Assembly: GCF_030144855.1 (NCBI RefSeq)
Contig: NC_082721.1
Span: 17,608,001-17,672,000, forward strand
DNA: 64,000 bases
Direction of reading: 5' to 3'
Source: Hypanus sabinus
Taxonomy: Eukaryota
Every line of letters starts with the position of its first letter. The stretch's first letter is position 1. The position numbers and the translations under genes are program-made. Below the pieces are notes generated by a model. That model had not been told where the DNA came from. It did no database searches and was given only the letters and a program-made list of their open reading frames with translations. Of the stretch, positions 48,790 to 61,865 are shown in pieces.

Positions 48790-50020
48790 TACATTTGCAG
48801 ATGAGACAAAGTTTGGTGACACTGTGGATAGTGAGGAAGTTTGTCTACTGATATAGCAGAACCTATAGTAGATAAGATGAAAAGTTGGGCATAGTGCTGG
48901 CAGATGGAATTTAATATTGAAAAGAGCAAAGTGATGCATTTTGGAGAGGACATAAATGGTAGGGTGATAAGGATTGTTAATGAATTGAAGCACCTTGGGG
49001 CTCAAATTTCATGAAACTGGCAAAATACATAGATAGGATGGTAAAGAAGGCATATGGCATGCTTGCGTTCATAGTCGAGGCATAGAATGTATAAGTTGGA
49101 ATGTTGTCTTGCCTTCATGTCGAAAGAAAAGACTGAGACTGTACTCACAGTGTTGTTTAGCTGTTCTGGTGTTCATATATTAATAAGGATGGGGTTGTAC
49201 TGGAGGGAGAGTGCAGATCAGGTTCAGCAGGATATTACTGAATTTGGGGGCTTTCATTATGGGAAGAGATTGGGTAGGCTGGGGGCACTTTTTCCTGAGC
49301 AAAGAAGGCTGAGACACAGATTGAGCAGAGAGTCAGAATCTCTTTTCCCACGGACAACATTTCAAAAACAAGCTGGCAAAGGTTTAGGGTGAGATGAAGG
49401 ATTTTTAAAGGGAAATTGGTTGATATCTGCAACTTGCTGCCAGAGAAGGAGGTGGAGTCAAATATAACCACAACATTTATGAGACACTAATACCATCATT
49501 ACCTGCCAAGTAGTATGATATAGATGATCTTGATTTTTAACCATGATTGTTCTTGGCAAATCTTTCTACAGAAGAAGGTTTGTCATTGCTGCCGTCTGGG
49601 TAGTGTCTTTACAAGATGGGCGACCCCAGCCATTATAAATACTCTTCAAAAATTGTCTGCCTGATGTCAGTGGTTGCATAGCCAGGACCTTTGATGTACA
49701 CCAGCTGCTCATACGACCATGCATCACTTGCTCCCATGGCTTCACGTGACCTAGACTCGGTGGGGGGAGGGGGGGTGGTTGCTAAGCAGTTGCTACACTT
49801 TGCCCAGGGGTGACCTGCAGGCAATCGGAGGGAGGGTGGTGCCTTCTTTGGTAGAGACGTATTTCCATTCTGCCACCCAACATTTACTCAGGCACTCAGA
49901 TAATTAAGGCATAGAAAGATAAAGCCTAATGCAAGAAAATGGGATTAGTATAGAAGGGAGAAAGGTCAGCATGAAAGACATGGGCTGAAGAGCGTGTCTC
50001 TGTGTTGTAAACTATGACTC
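48790..50020 (+). mobile_element. Old CR1 3' fragment
   Basis: FADETK, WQMEFNIEKSKVMHFG; CR1 tail near 50015. Confidence 0.7.
49490..49878 (-). mobile_element. Short non-autonomous element with RTE/BovB-like tail
   Basis: Minus strand gcaatgacaaaccttcttctgtagaaagatttgccaag; imperfect flanking duplication caacattta..cact. Confidence 0.5.
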
Positions 50021-50124
50021 CATGATGAATTTGATGCTGGTATTATTCGAGCTTCTCCTATACTGAATAACTACCGAACTGCTGGGGATTCTTAAGATGT
50101 TAACAAGTTTTCAGTAGATTCCAT

Positions 50125-51765
50125 GGAATCATAAGGCATTGGTGCAGAATTAGGCCACTTGCTCCATCATGTCTGCTCCGCCATTCCATCATGACTTATC
50201 TATTATCCTTCTCAACTCCATTCCCCTGCTTTCTCTATGTCACCTTTGATGCCCTGTCTAACCAAGGTCCTATCAACCTCTGCTTTGAATATGTGACTTG
50301 GCCTCCAAAGCCATCTGTGGTAATGAATTACATAGATTCACCACCTACTGGCTAAATAATTTCCTTCTCATCTTTGTTCTAAGTGGATGTTCCTCTATTC
50401 TGAAACTGTGCCCTCTGGTCCTAGACTCACCCCTATAGGAAACATTCTTCCCAGATCCGCTCTGTCTGGGCTTTTCAATATTCAACAGATTTCAATGAGA
50501 CTGCCCTTCATTCTTCTAAACTCCAGTGAGGACAGTCCCACAGTCATCAAATGCTCCTTAAACCTTAACACTTTGATTCTCAGAAACGTTATTGTGAAAC
50601 TCCTGTGGACCCTCTCCAATGCCAGCACACATTTTCTTATAAAATGGTGCTTCAAAAATGCTCACAATGCTTCAAGTGTGGTCTGACCAATGTCTTATAA
50701 AGACTCAGCATCACATCCTTTTGCTTGTATTCCAGTCCCTTCAAAATGAATGCTGACATTACATTTGCCTTCCTTACCACTGTCTTAACCTGCAAGTTAA
50801 CCTGCAGAAAATCCTGCACTTGGACTCCTAAGTGCCTTTTGCACCTCTGATGTTTAAATTTTATCCCTATTTAGAATATAGTCTATGCCTTTATTCCTTC
50901 TATCAACGTGCATGACTGTACACTTCTCTACACTATAACCCGTGTGCCACTTCTTTCTCCCAGTCTGTCCAAGTCCTCCTGCAGTCTCCCTGCTTCAACA
51001 CTTCCTGTCCCTCCACCTACCTTTGTATCTTCTGCAGACTTGGCCACAAAGCCATCAATTCCATCATCCAAATCGTTGACATATCACATGAAAAGAAATG
51101 GTCCCAGTACCAACCCTTGTGGAACTCCACTTGTTATCAGCATTTAATCAGGAAGAGTTTCCTTTATTCTGATCATTGCCTCCTGCCAATCAGATAATCT
51201 GCTATCCATGTTAGTACATTTCCTGTAATATCATGGACTCTTATCTTATTAAGCATCCTCATGTGCAGCACCTTGTCAAAGGCCTTCTGAAAATCCAAGT
51301 AAACAACACCCATTGACTCTCCTTTGCCTATTTTGCTTGTTGTTTTCTCAAACAATTCTAACAGATTTGTAAGGCAAAATTTCCCTTTTAGGAAACCATG
51401 CTGACTTTGACCTACTTTATTATGTACTTCCAAGTACCCTGAATCCTCACCCTTAATGATGGATTCCAACATCATCCTAACTGCTGAGGTCAGGCTAACT
51501 GGCCTATTATTTTTTTTTTCTGCCGCCATCCCGTCTTAAAGATTGGAGTGATATTTGCAGTTTTCTAGTCTTCCTGAACCACTCTAGAATCTAGTGAGTC
51601 CTGAAATATCATTATTATAACCTTCACAATCTCTTCTACCAGTTCTTTTAAAATCCTGGGGTGTAGTTCACCGGGTCCAGGTAACTCCAGACCTTTCAAC
51701 TTCCCAAGCACCTTAGTAATAGCAACTAGACTTTCTTCTGTCCCCTGATACTTACAAATTTCCAA
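50125..51765 (-). mobile_element. CR1-type LINE RT fragment
   Basis: RPVSLTSAV..QSQHGFLKGKFCLTNLLE..VYLDFQKAFDKV. Confidence 0.88.
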
Positions 51766-51799
51766 CAAGTGGCGTCTTCCACAGTGAATTCCTATCATC

Positions 51800-52490
51800 A
51801 AGAACTAGACCATTCCCAGCGATGTAAATGCCATGTCCAAGACAGCAGTCCAGCATCTCTACTTCCTTAGAGGGATAAAGATATATAACAGGTCCTCAAT
51901 GATTCCTACCAAATTGTATAGATGTACAACAGAAAGTATCCTGTCCAGATGCATCACAGCTTGATATGTCATCTATTCTGATTAAGACTGGAGAAATTGA
52001 TGGAAGTTGTGAGAACAACCATTGACTCTGTCTATACTTCTGGCTGACTTGGGAAGGCAACCAACATAATCAAAGACTACTCTCAACCCTGTTATTCTTT
52101 CTCCTACCCCCCCACCCCTTCCATAGCATAGAAGATACAGAAGATATGTTCTACCAAGCCCAAGGATAGATTCTGTCCTACTGTTATAAGAGACTTGAGT
52201 GGACCACTTTTGCAATAAAGGCAAATTCTTGATTTCTTGATCTGCCTTAATTGCACCTTAATTGCTTACCTGCATGCACTTAACTGTCCATTTCCCTCCA
52301 TAAATGCTGCCTGTCCTGCTGAGTTCCTCCAGCATCTTTGCTCTAGTCTAGATTCTAGCATCTGCAGTCTCCTGTGTCTGCACTGTATTCTGTGTTCTAT
52401 TACTGTCTATTGTACTATCTGGATGGTATGCAAAGCAAAACTCATCCATGTATCTCCAGACATGTGATAATAATAAACAAGTTACCAATT
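51800..52490 (+). mobile_element. Decayed Rex1 3' fragment with nested Penelope tip (~52283-52380)
   Basis: YRCTTESILSRCITA-like coding; tail catgtgataataataaac. Confidence 0.6.
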
Positions 52491-52734
52491 AATCCTTCTT
52501 TGAATTAAAAAAATCTGTAGGACTGATTTTTAAGTCAGAACAGTAATATGGTATACACGTATGATGAAGGAGTTGAAGTTAGCTGCTTGGGACTTCAGGC
52601 TTGATTTATAACTTAATAAAGTTTTGTCTGGCCTAATCGCACCCTCAAGTCCCCAACCTCTGAAAGAGCACTGCCAACTAAAACTGTTCCAGTGTCATTC
52701 CTGCTGATATTTCATGGAAGTTAAAAATGACTGA

Positions 52735-53065
52735 TAGCAATGATGCACGGTTGCATAACAGTTAGCACAATCACTTTAGAGCACCAGATCACCGATCTGG
52801 GTCTGTTTCCTGCTGCTGTCTTGTACGTCCTCTCCATAACTCTGTACGTTTCCCCAGGTGCGCTGGATTCCTCCCTCATTCCAAAAAAAGATGCACGGTT
52901 AGAGTTACGGAGTTGTGGGCATGCTATGTTACCACTAGAAGCATGGTGACACTTGCAGGTTGCCCACAGCACAATCATTCTATTATGCTAGCCATTGATG
53001 CAAAGTGACACATTTCACTGTATGTTTCAATGCTTTGATGTACAGGTGACAAGTAAAGCTAAACT
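52735..53065 (+). mobile_element. V-SINE-like element with alternative tail
   Basis: Homologous to 5265-5525 (gacacttgcaggttgccc..catttcactgtatg..aaagctaa). Confidence 0.6.
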
Positions 53066-53302
53066 TTACAATTTCTGATATTTGTCATCAATCAATCATG
53101 TACTTAGACCTCCCTATGCACTGTCACCTGCAAGCCCCCCCCCCCCAATGATACTTCCTTACCTTTTGATTGTGATTAATCTTCTTCTACATTAAGAACT
53201 GGAACCCAACTGAAAAACTACCAGCTGTGCTGTTGGGACAGCGGGAGAAACTGCAGTGTTTAAAAGGACATCTAGATGGACAAGAATGTGAAGGGAATAG
53301 AG

Positions 53303-53382
53303 CAGGGGTTCCTATCCTGAATCCCATGGATGCTTTGCTTAATGGGATTAGTCCATGGCTTAAAAATGGTTGGGAACCCCTG
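53303..53382. mobile_element. 80-bp hAT-type MITE
   Basis: TIR CAGGGGTTCC(T/C)A(T/A)CC; perfect 8-bp TSD GAATAGAG (53295-53302, 53383-53390). Confidence 0.85.
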
Positions 53383-53404
53383 GAATAGAGGGATGTGGAA
53401 GGAA

Positions 53405-55235
53405 GCTGGCAACAAATATCAAAGTAGACACTAAAAGCTTTTTAAAAAATATATAAAGGGTAAAAGAGAGTTCAGGGTAGATATAGGACTAATAGAAAAT
53501 TACGCCAGAGATATTGTAATGACAGACACAGGGATGGTAGGAGAACTGAATGCATATTTTGCATCAGTCTTCACAGTGGAAGGCATCTGCAGTATACCGG
53601 ACATTCAAGTGTGTCAGTCAGAGAAGTGAAGGATGTGCAGTGGAAATTATGACTGAGAAGGTGCACAGGAAGCTTAATGGTCTGAGGGTGAATAAATATC
53701 CTGGGCCTGATGGAATGCATCCTTGGGTTTTGAAGGAAGTAGCTGGAGAGACTGCGGAGGCATTAGCAATGATCTTTCAAGAATTGATAGATTCTGGCAC
53801 TGTACTGAATGACTGGAAATTGCAAATGTTACTCTGCTATTTAAGAAGGGTGGGAGGCAGCAGAAAGGAAACTATAGACCTGTTAGCCTGACATCAGTGG
53901 TTGGGAAGTTGTTGGAATCGATTGTTAGGGATGAGATTATGGAATACCTGGAGGCACATAAGAAGATGGGCCAAAGCCAGTGTGGTTTCCTGAAAGGAAG
54001 ATCCTGCCTGACAAACCTACTGCAATTCCTTGAGGCAATTACAAGCAGGGTAGACGAGATTCAGTGGATGTGGTGAACTTGGATTTTCAGAAGGTCTTTG
54101 ACAAAGTGCCACACATGAAGCTGCTTAGCAAGATAAGAGCCCATGGAACTATAGGGAAGTTACAAGTGTGGGTGGAGCATTGGCTGTTTGGCAGAAAACA
54201 GAGAATGGGAATAAAGGGATCTTATTCTGCCTGGCTGCCAGTTACCAGTTGAGTTCCACAGGGTCGGTGTTGGGACTGCTGCTTTTTACGATGTATGTCA
54301 ATGATTTGGTCTGTGGGATTAATGGATTTGTGGTTAAATTTGCCAATGACTCCAAGATAGGTGGAGGAGCAGGTACTGTTGAGGAAACAGAGCGACTTAA
54401 ATAGTTTAGGGAAATGGGCCAAGAAGTGGCAAATGAAATGCAATGTTGGAAAGTGTATAGTCATGCACTTTGATGGAAGAAATAAATGGGCAGATTATTA
54501 TTTAGGTGGGGAGAGAATTCAAAATGCAAAGGGACTTGGGAGTCCTTGTGCAGGATACTCTAAAGGGTAATCTCTAGGTTGAGTTGGTGATGAAGAAGGC
54601 GAATGCAATGCTGGCATTCATTTCTAGAGGTATAGCATATAGGAGCAGGGATGTGATGTTGAGGCTTCATAAGGCACTCATGAGATTATACTTATGTGCA
54701 GTTTTGGGCTCCTTATTTTAGAAAAGATATATTGATATTGGAGAGGGTTCAGAAAAGATTCATGAGAATGATTCCAGGAATGAAGGGTTACCGTATGAGG
54801 AATGTCTGGCAGCTCTTGGGCTGTATTCCCTGGAGTTCAGAAGAATGAGGGGAGATCGCATAGAAACATTCTGAATGTTCAAAGGCCTGAACAGATTAGA
54901 TATGGCAAAGTTATTTCCCATGGTAGGGGAGTCTAGGACAAGAGGGCATGACTTCAGGATTGAAGAATGTTCATTTAGAACAGAGATGCAGAGAAATTAC
55001 TTTAGTCAGAGAGTGGTAAGTCTGTGGAATTTGCTGCCACAAGTGGCTGTGGAGGCCAAGTCATTGGGTGCATTTAAGGCAGAGATAAATTGATTCCTGA
55101 TTAGCCAGGACATCAAAGGGTGTGGGGAGAAGGCAGGGGAGTGGGGATGACTGGAAGAGTTGCATCAGCCCATGATTGAATGGCAAAGCAGACTCAATGG
55201 GCCAAATATCCCACTTCTGCTCCCATATCTTATGA
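53405..55235 (+). mobile_element. CR1-type LINE, 1.8 kb, nested in another CR1 3' end
   Basis: KYPGPDGMHPWVLKE; DVVNLDFQKVFDKVPH; KFANDSKIGG; CR1 tail. Confidence 0.9.
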
Positions 55236-55429
55236 TATGTGGATCATTTGCAGGCAAATAGGATAAGATACATTTGGTATCATGGTTGACACAGATATTG
55301 CAGGCCAAAGGCCTTGTTCCTGTGCTGTACTGTTCTATGTTCTATATAAAGTTAGTGGTAATATCTTCATTTATAAGGTACCAAGTAGCTGGCTTGTAGG
55401 TAATGAGTTATGAGTTAAATCATATCATT

Positions 55430-55680
55430 TTAACAAGAGATTCTGCAGATGCTGTAAATCCAGAGCAACACGGACAAAATGCTGGAGGAACTCAGCAGGT
55501 CAGGCATCATCTATGGAGGGGAATAAGCAGTGAATGTTTTGGACGGAGACCTTTCATCAAAACTGAAAAGGAAGTGAACAGACGTCAGAATAAAAAAAAG
55601 TGGAGTGGAGGGAAGAACTACTAGTTGACGGGTGATAGGTGAAGCCTGGTGAGGGGGAGGATGGGTGGTGAAGTGCCGTA
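55430..55680 (-). mobile_element. Penelope-like terminal repeat
   Basis: Tip plus degenerate UUGAUGA..AAAAC core. Confidence 0.7.
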
Positions 55681-56154
55681 AACACTAGTTAGAAGTAAAT
55701 GTAAGTAAAACTCTGATTATCTTTTGGAGATTATTTGTAAATGATTTAAAATTCATGGTTTCCACTGCCTTTGCCTGGCAACCGTTAGCTGAAAGGATTC
55801 CTAAAATTGAGTAAAGAATTATTTCCTTTCATCAGTCAGTGCGACTTGACTAAATCTGTCACAAACTGTCACAATAAGGTGCACATTGTGCTCCTCAATC
55901 TACAGACCTGATATGCAGATTGTGCTTCCCATCACTGCGCTGTGATGCTAGGTCAGGTTCTGACAACTGGATATTGCATTATTGTTCAGGAAATGTGAAG
56001 TACTTTCTTATTTTAAAAAATAGACTCCTTGTGCTATTGAGGGAGGTTAAGTGCTCTCATTATTTTAATGCGTCTTCCAAAAGAATAAACTATCTAATGG
56101 CTTTGCATTAAGCTTTGATTATATTAACCTCAGAAGTTATATCTAGAGATATAG

Positions 56155-56655
56155 ACTCAGTGGCTACTTTATTATGTACCTCCTGTACCTAGTAAAGTAG
56201 CCTCTGAGAGTATGTTCATGGTTTTCTGCTCCTGTAGCCCATCTACTTCAATGTTTGATGTGTTCTGTGTCCTGAGATGCTCTTCTGCAGAGCACTGTTA
56301 TAAAGCTGGTTCTGTGAGTTACTGTCACCTTTCTGTGATTTTGAACCAACCTGACATTTCTCCTCTGACCTCCCTCATTAACAATTCATTTTTGCCCACA
56401 GAACTGCAGCTCACTGGATTTTTTTTTGTTTCTCAAACCATTCTCTGTAAACTCCAGAGACAGTTGTGTATGAAAATCCCAGGGGACTAGTAAACCACCA
56501 CATCTGGCACCAACAAGCATTCCATGGACAAAGCTACTTAGATCACATTTCTTCCCCATCCTGACATTTGGTCTGAATGAACACTGAACCTTATCACCAT
56601 GTCAATATGATTTTATGCATTGAGTTGCTGCTTCACGATTGTCTGAATAAATGTT
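56155..56655 (-). mobile_element. Second copy of the non-autonomous Tc1-like element
   Basis: Colinear with 28860-29410; begins ctcagtggctactttattatgtac. Confidence 0.8.
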
Positions 56656-56659
56656 GCTG

Positions 56660-57685
56660 GAGAAGACAGAGAGTAATAGTAGATGGTTGCTTCTTTGATG
56701 GAGGTGTGTGACTATTGGAGCGCCAGAGGGTCCGTTGTTGTTTGTCATCTGTATCAATGATCTGGATGATAATGTGTTTAACTGGATCAGCAAATTTGTG
56801 AACAACACTAAGATTGGTTGTGTAGTGGACAGCGAGGAAAACTATCAGAGATTTGCAGAGGGACCTGGACCAGCTGGAGAAATGGGCTGAAAAATGGATG
56901 ATGGAAGTTAATGCAAATGCGTGCAAGGTATTGCACTTTGGTAGGACGGATCAGAGTAGGTCTTACACAGTAAACGGTAGTGCACGGAGAAGTGCAGTAG
57001 AACAAAAGAATTTGGGAATACAGGTCCATAGTTCATTGAAAGTGGTGGCACAGGTAAATAGGATTGTGGAGAAAGCTTTTGGCACATTAGTCTTCATAAA
57101 TCAAAGTATTGAGTACAGGAGATGGGATGTTATGTTGAAGTTGTACAAGACATTGCAGAGCCTAATTTGGAGTAATGTATTCAGTGTTGGTCACCTATCT
57201 ACAGGAATAATGTAAGTAAGATTAAAATTTGAATGGATATTGCCAGGACTGGAGGACTTACATTATAAAGAAAGATTGAATAGGTTAGGACTTCATTCCT
57301 TGGAACATAGAAGATTGATAAAGGCGTACAAAATTATGAGGGGTATTGAGAGGGTAAATGTAAGCAGGCTTTTTCTGCTGAGGTTGGGTGGGACTACAAC
57401 TATATGTCATGGGTTGAGAGTGAAATGCGAAATGTTTAAAGGGAACATGAGGGGAAACTTCTTCACTCAGAGAGTCGTGAGTGTGTGGAATGAGCTGTCA
57501 GCACAAGTGGGGCATGCAAGCTCAATTTCAACACTAAAGAGAAGTTTGGATAGGTACATGGATGGCAACAGTACATAGGGTTATGGTCCCTGTGCAACTC
57601 AATGGGACTAGGTAATTGGAATGGTTTAGTATGGACTAGATGGGCTGAAGGGTTTGTTTCTGTGCTGTACATATCTATTACTCTA
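56660..57685 (+). mobile_element. CR1-type LINE, 5'-truncated
   Basis: GPLLFVICINDLD; QRDLDQLEKWAEKW..CKVLHFGR; NFFTQRVVSVWNEL. Confidence 0.88.
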
Positions 57686-57769
57686 TTTTCATTAATGAGC
57701 AGATGTATAAGTGTACCTGTATAGGCTGTAAACTTTATCTGCTTTATGCGTGTTATTTGCAAGTGGGAC

Positions 57770-58140
57770 AAGTGCTACAATTGCTCCTCCACCACCACTC
57801 AGGGTCCCAAACAGTCCTGCCAGATGATGCTCCTGGCGTGGCCTCTTCTATATCAGTGAAACCAACGTAGATAGGGGGACTGCTTCATCGATCACCTTCG
57901 TCATAACAGGTGAGATTTCCCAGTGGCCACCCATTTTAATTCCAATTCTCATTCCCGTTTCGACATTTCAGCCTCCTCCACTGCATGATGAAGACACTCA
58001 CACTTTGGAGGAGCAACATCTCGTATTCCATCTGGATAGTCTCCAACCTGATAACATAAACATTAATTTCTCTAATTTCTGGTAATTATTCCCCCTCCCC
58101 TTTCTCTTTCCATTTGGAGTTCCTCCAGCATTTTCTATTT
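57770..58140 (+). mobile_element. Penelope-like GIY-YIG fragment
   Basis: GLFYISET..GDCFIDHL..PVATHFNS..LEEQHLVFHL coding. Confidence 0.75.
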
Positions 58141-58289
58141 GTGAACCACATTGTTCAAGGGTTTTCAATATATTAGAAATGATTTATACCAACGTTTGTT
58201 ATGTCTGGATTGGCCCAACCCTCATGTCAGACACTCGGACCACATATCCATTTTGCTAATTCCTGCATACAGACTACTGATTAAACGAG

Positions 58290-59965
58290 TCAAACCAGGT
58301 TACGGAGAGATTAGGACCTGACCAGAAGATGCCACCTCAGCACTGCAAGACTGTTTCAAAAGCACGAACTGGATCATATTCAGGGAGGTGGCTACCTATG
58401 ATCATCACGTCAACATTGATGAATATGTGAGATCAGTGACTCTCTGCATTGGAAAATGTTTTCATGACTGCCAGAGCAAACCAGAAATCTTGGTTGACTG
58501 CAGAGGGTTGTGCATTGGGATCGGGGCGCTGCCTTCAGGTCGGGGGGTAAGATGACTCTAAGGTCAGCAAAAGTCACACTCACTGGTGCCTCCAGGAAGG
58601 CAAAGTGTGAATATGCACAGAAAGTTCACAGATACCTTTGCAACACTAGGAACCCAAGGTGCATGTTGCAAGGTATACAAACCATAACAGATTACAAATC
58701 CATGCTCTGTATCAACAGTATTGCCCCACTTCCTGATAGGCTTAGTATCTTCTATGAATAATTTGATTCAATGAATGATATAACATTGAGGGAAGTGCCC
58801 TCTCCCCTGAGGACCAGGCTCCCTGTCTAGCCACAGTCAAGGTGAGGAGAACTCTAGCCAGGGTAAAGCCAAGCAAAGCTGCGGGGCCAGATAATATATC
58901 TGGTCAGGTGCTGAGGGACTTTGTGGCCCAGCTAACAGCAGTCTTAATGGACATCTTTAACCTTACATTGCACATCTTTAATATCTCTTTGAAACTGTCC
59001 ACCATCCCTACAGGCTCCAAGGCAGCCAATGTCACTCCAGTGACCAAGAGAAGTGGTAGTAACTGGCCTAAATGGTTACTGCCCAGTGACACTGACTTCA
59101 ACAGTCATGAAGTACTTTGAACAGCCAGTAGTGGATCATATAAAATCCCATCCTCCAGCAACATTGGACCCTCTCCAGTTCTCCTACCACTAAAACCTGT
59201 CAACACTCATGATGCCATTCTCTCAGTCCTCTATTCCATCTTGTCCACCTAGAAAATGATACCTCATATGATGATGTTCATCAACTTCAGCTCAGCATTT
59301 AACAAGATCATCCCTCAGATGCTGGTGGGTAAAAAGACCTCATTGGGACTCACCACCCTTCTCTATAACTGGATCTTGGACAAGAAAGCACAACAGTATC
59401 TATACATTCTGAGGAGATTGAGGCATTCAAGGCTCCCTCTCCCCATTCTAAAAAATTTCTACAAGAACACCATCGAGAGTGTCCAGTCTGGATGCATCAT
59501 TGTGTGGTATGGAAACTGCAACACAACGGACAACAAGACCCTACATAGGATAGTAAACACTGCCGAGAGGATCACTGAGCATCCCCTCCCCTATTTGTGA
59601 CGTTTACCTGGTGACTGTCGATGAAAGGCCCAAAGAATTGTTGACGATCCCTACCACCCTTCCCACAATCTCTATGACCCACTACCATCAGGAAGGAGAT
59701 ACAAAAACATTAGGACTCAGACTGCTAGATTTGGTAACAGCTTCTTCCCTCAGGCTGAGAGACCAATGAATACATTGCAACCACCGAGGTCTCATCACTA
59801 AGACAGCGAGTTATTTACTGTTTACTGTTTACCTATGATGTGCACTACATATGTTTTGAATTATATTTAATTAGTTTATTTATGGCAAAATTTCATCTTA
59901 AGTGCAGTGTCTGATATATGTTTTGTGGGTGCAGAGGAACGTTGTTTCGTTTAGTTGTGTACAGA
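58290..59965 (+). mobile_element. Rex1/Babar LINE, decayed with deletions
   Basis: KAAGPDNISGQVL..IFNISL; [15 protein letters not shown]; [13 protein letters not shown]; GCIIVWYGN. Confidence 0.85.
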
Positions 59966-59982
59966 TATATATAGACAAGGAT

Positions 59983-60192
59983 GACACATAAAATGCTGGA
60001 GGAACTCAGCAGGCTGGGCAGCATCTATGGGGGGGGGGGAAGTATTGACTGTCCTTTCAGTCCCAATGAAGTGTCTCAGCCTGAAACATTGACTGCTTAT
60101 TTCCCTCCTTAGATGCTGCCTAACCTGCTGATTTCCTCCAGCCTTTTGTGTGTTGCTCTGGATTTCCAGCATCTACTGAATCTCTTGTGTTT
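59983..60192. mobile_element. Palindromic Penelope-terminal-repeat derivative
   Basis: Inverted tips 59983-60030 and 60105-60192 around a degenerate hammerhead at 60058-60095. Confidence 0.7.
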
Positions 60193-60511
60193 ATATCTGT
60201 TATTCAACGAATGGGCATAAATTTACCCCAGTCTATGGTAACATGGTCATTGATGCATGACTTTTAATGAAGACTATATTGGGAAGAGCACTTGTAAATC
60301 CAATGGCATTGTCCACCAAATGTTAAATAGAGTTAATAGCTTGTCAAGTCAATCAGTATGGGTTTCTGATTTAACCACAGACCTGCTCAATTGGACATCA
60401 ATGATACAGCTAACAACAGGTGTTCACACACACAAAATTTAGTGCTTAGTGACTGAAAGTAGCTCCACTGTTCACCATATGCCTACCTCCCTTCCTTTTC
60501 CTACAGTCAAC

Positions 60512-61145
60512 TAACACAATATGCTGGAAGAACTCAGCAGGTCAGTTAGCATCTATGGAGAGGAATAAACAGTCGACGTTTTGAGACAACACCCTCCATT
60601 GGGGCTGGAAAGGAAGGGGGACAATGCCAGAATTAGAAGATGGGGGAGCGAAAGGAGTACAAGCTAGAAGGTGATCGGTGAATCCAGGTGAGGGGGAATG
60701 TGGAATGATAGCTGGAAGAGTTATAGGGCTGAAGAAGGAATCTGATAGGAGTGGAGAGTGAACCATAGGAGAAAGGGGAGGAGGAGGTGCCCCAGAGGGA
60801 GGTGATGGCTAAGTGAAGGGTAAGAGGGGTGCCAGAGTGGGCAATGGCAAAAGAGAGCAAGGGAAGAATGTGGAAATTACCAGAAGTTGGAGAAATCAAT
60901 GTTCAAGCCATCAGGTTGGAGGCTACCCAGATGGAATATGAGGGGCTGCTCCTTCAACCTGATAGTAGCCTCATCATGCCATAGAGGGAGCCGTGGACTG
61001 AACTTTGGAATGGGAATAGGAAGTAGAATTAAAATGGGTGGCCACTTGGAAATCCTGCCTTTCTGTGTCAGGCAGAGCATAGGTACTCAACAAAGGATCT
61101 CCCCCCATCTACGTCGGGTTACACTGACGTAGAGTAGGCTACGCG
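60512..61145 (-). mobile_element. Penelope-like 3' fragment
   Basis: EATIRLKEQPLIFHLGSLQPDGLNIDF (GIY-YIG C-terminus) followed by the terminal repeat. Confidence 0.8.
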
Positions 61146-61179
61146 GAGATACTTTTCCTTTAGTTTATAGTTTATATAT

Positions 61180-61865
61180 CAAAGTTCAAAGTAAATTTAT
61201 TATCGAAGTACAAATATGTTGCCATATAAAAACTTAAGATTCAATTTTTTGTGGGCATACTAAATAAAAAATCATAGAATATTAACAATAATAGTGTCAA
61301 TGAAAGACTGCACCAACTGGGCATTCAACCACTGTGCAAATGGCAGAAACTGCGCAAGTACAAAAATAAACAAATTATAATAAATTAACAATAAATCTCA
61401 AGAACATGAGATGAAGAGTCCTTGGAAGTGAGTCCACAGGTTGAGGGAACATTTCATTGTGGGGCAATTGAAGTTGAGTGGAGTTACCCCCTTTGGTTCA
61501 AGAGCCTGATTGTTGAGGGGTAATAACTGTCCCTGACCCTGGTGTTGTGAATCTGATGCTCCTGTATCTTCTTCCTAATGGCAGCAGTGAGAAAAGAGCA
61601 TATAAAGGACCTCGGTGTTGGGGTTCCCTGATGATTAATGCTTCTTTCCTGCAACAATACTCCATGTAGATCTTCTGAATGGCAGGGAGAGCTTTACCCA
61701 TGATGGACTGGGCCGTATCCACTACTTTTTGTAGGATTTTTTGTTCAAGGGTATTGGTGTTTCCATACCAGGCTGTGATGCTGCCAGCCAATATACCCTC
61801 CACCACACATCTATAGAAGCTTGTCAAAGTTTTAGATGTCATGCTGAATCTTCACAAGCTCCTAA
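61180..61865 (-). mobile_element. Rex1 3' fragment and complete tail
   Basis: FYRCVVEGILAGSITAWYGN..LFSLLPLGRRYRSI. Confidence 0.85.
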
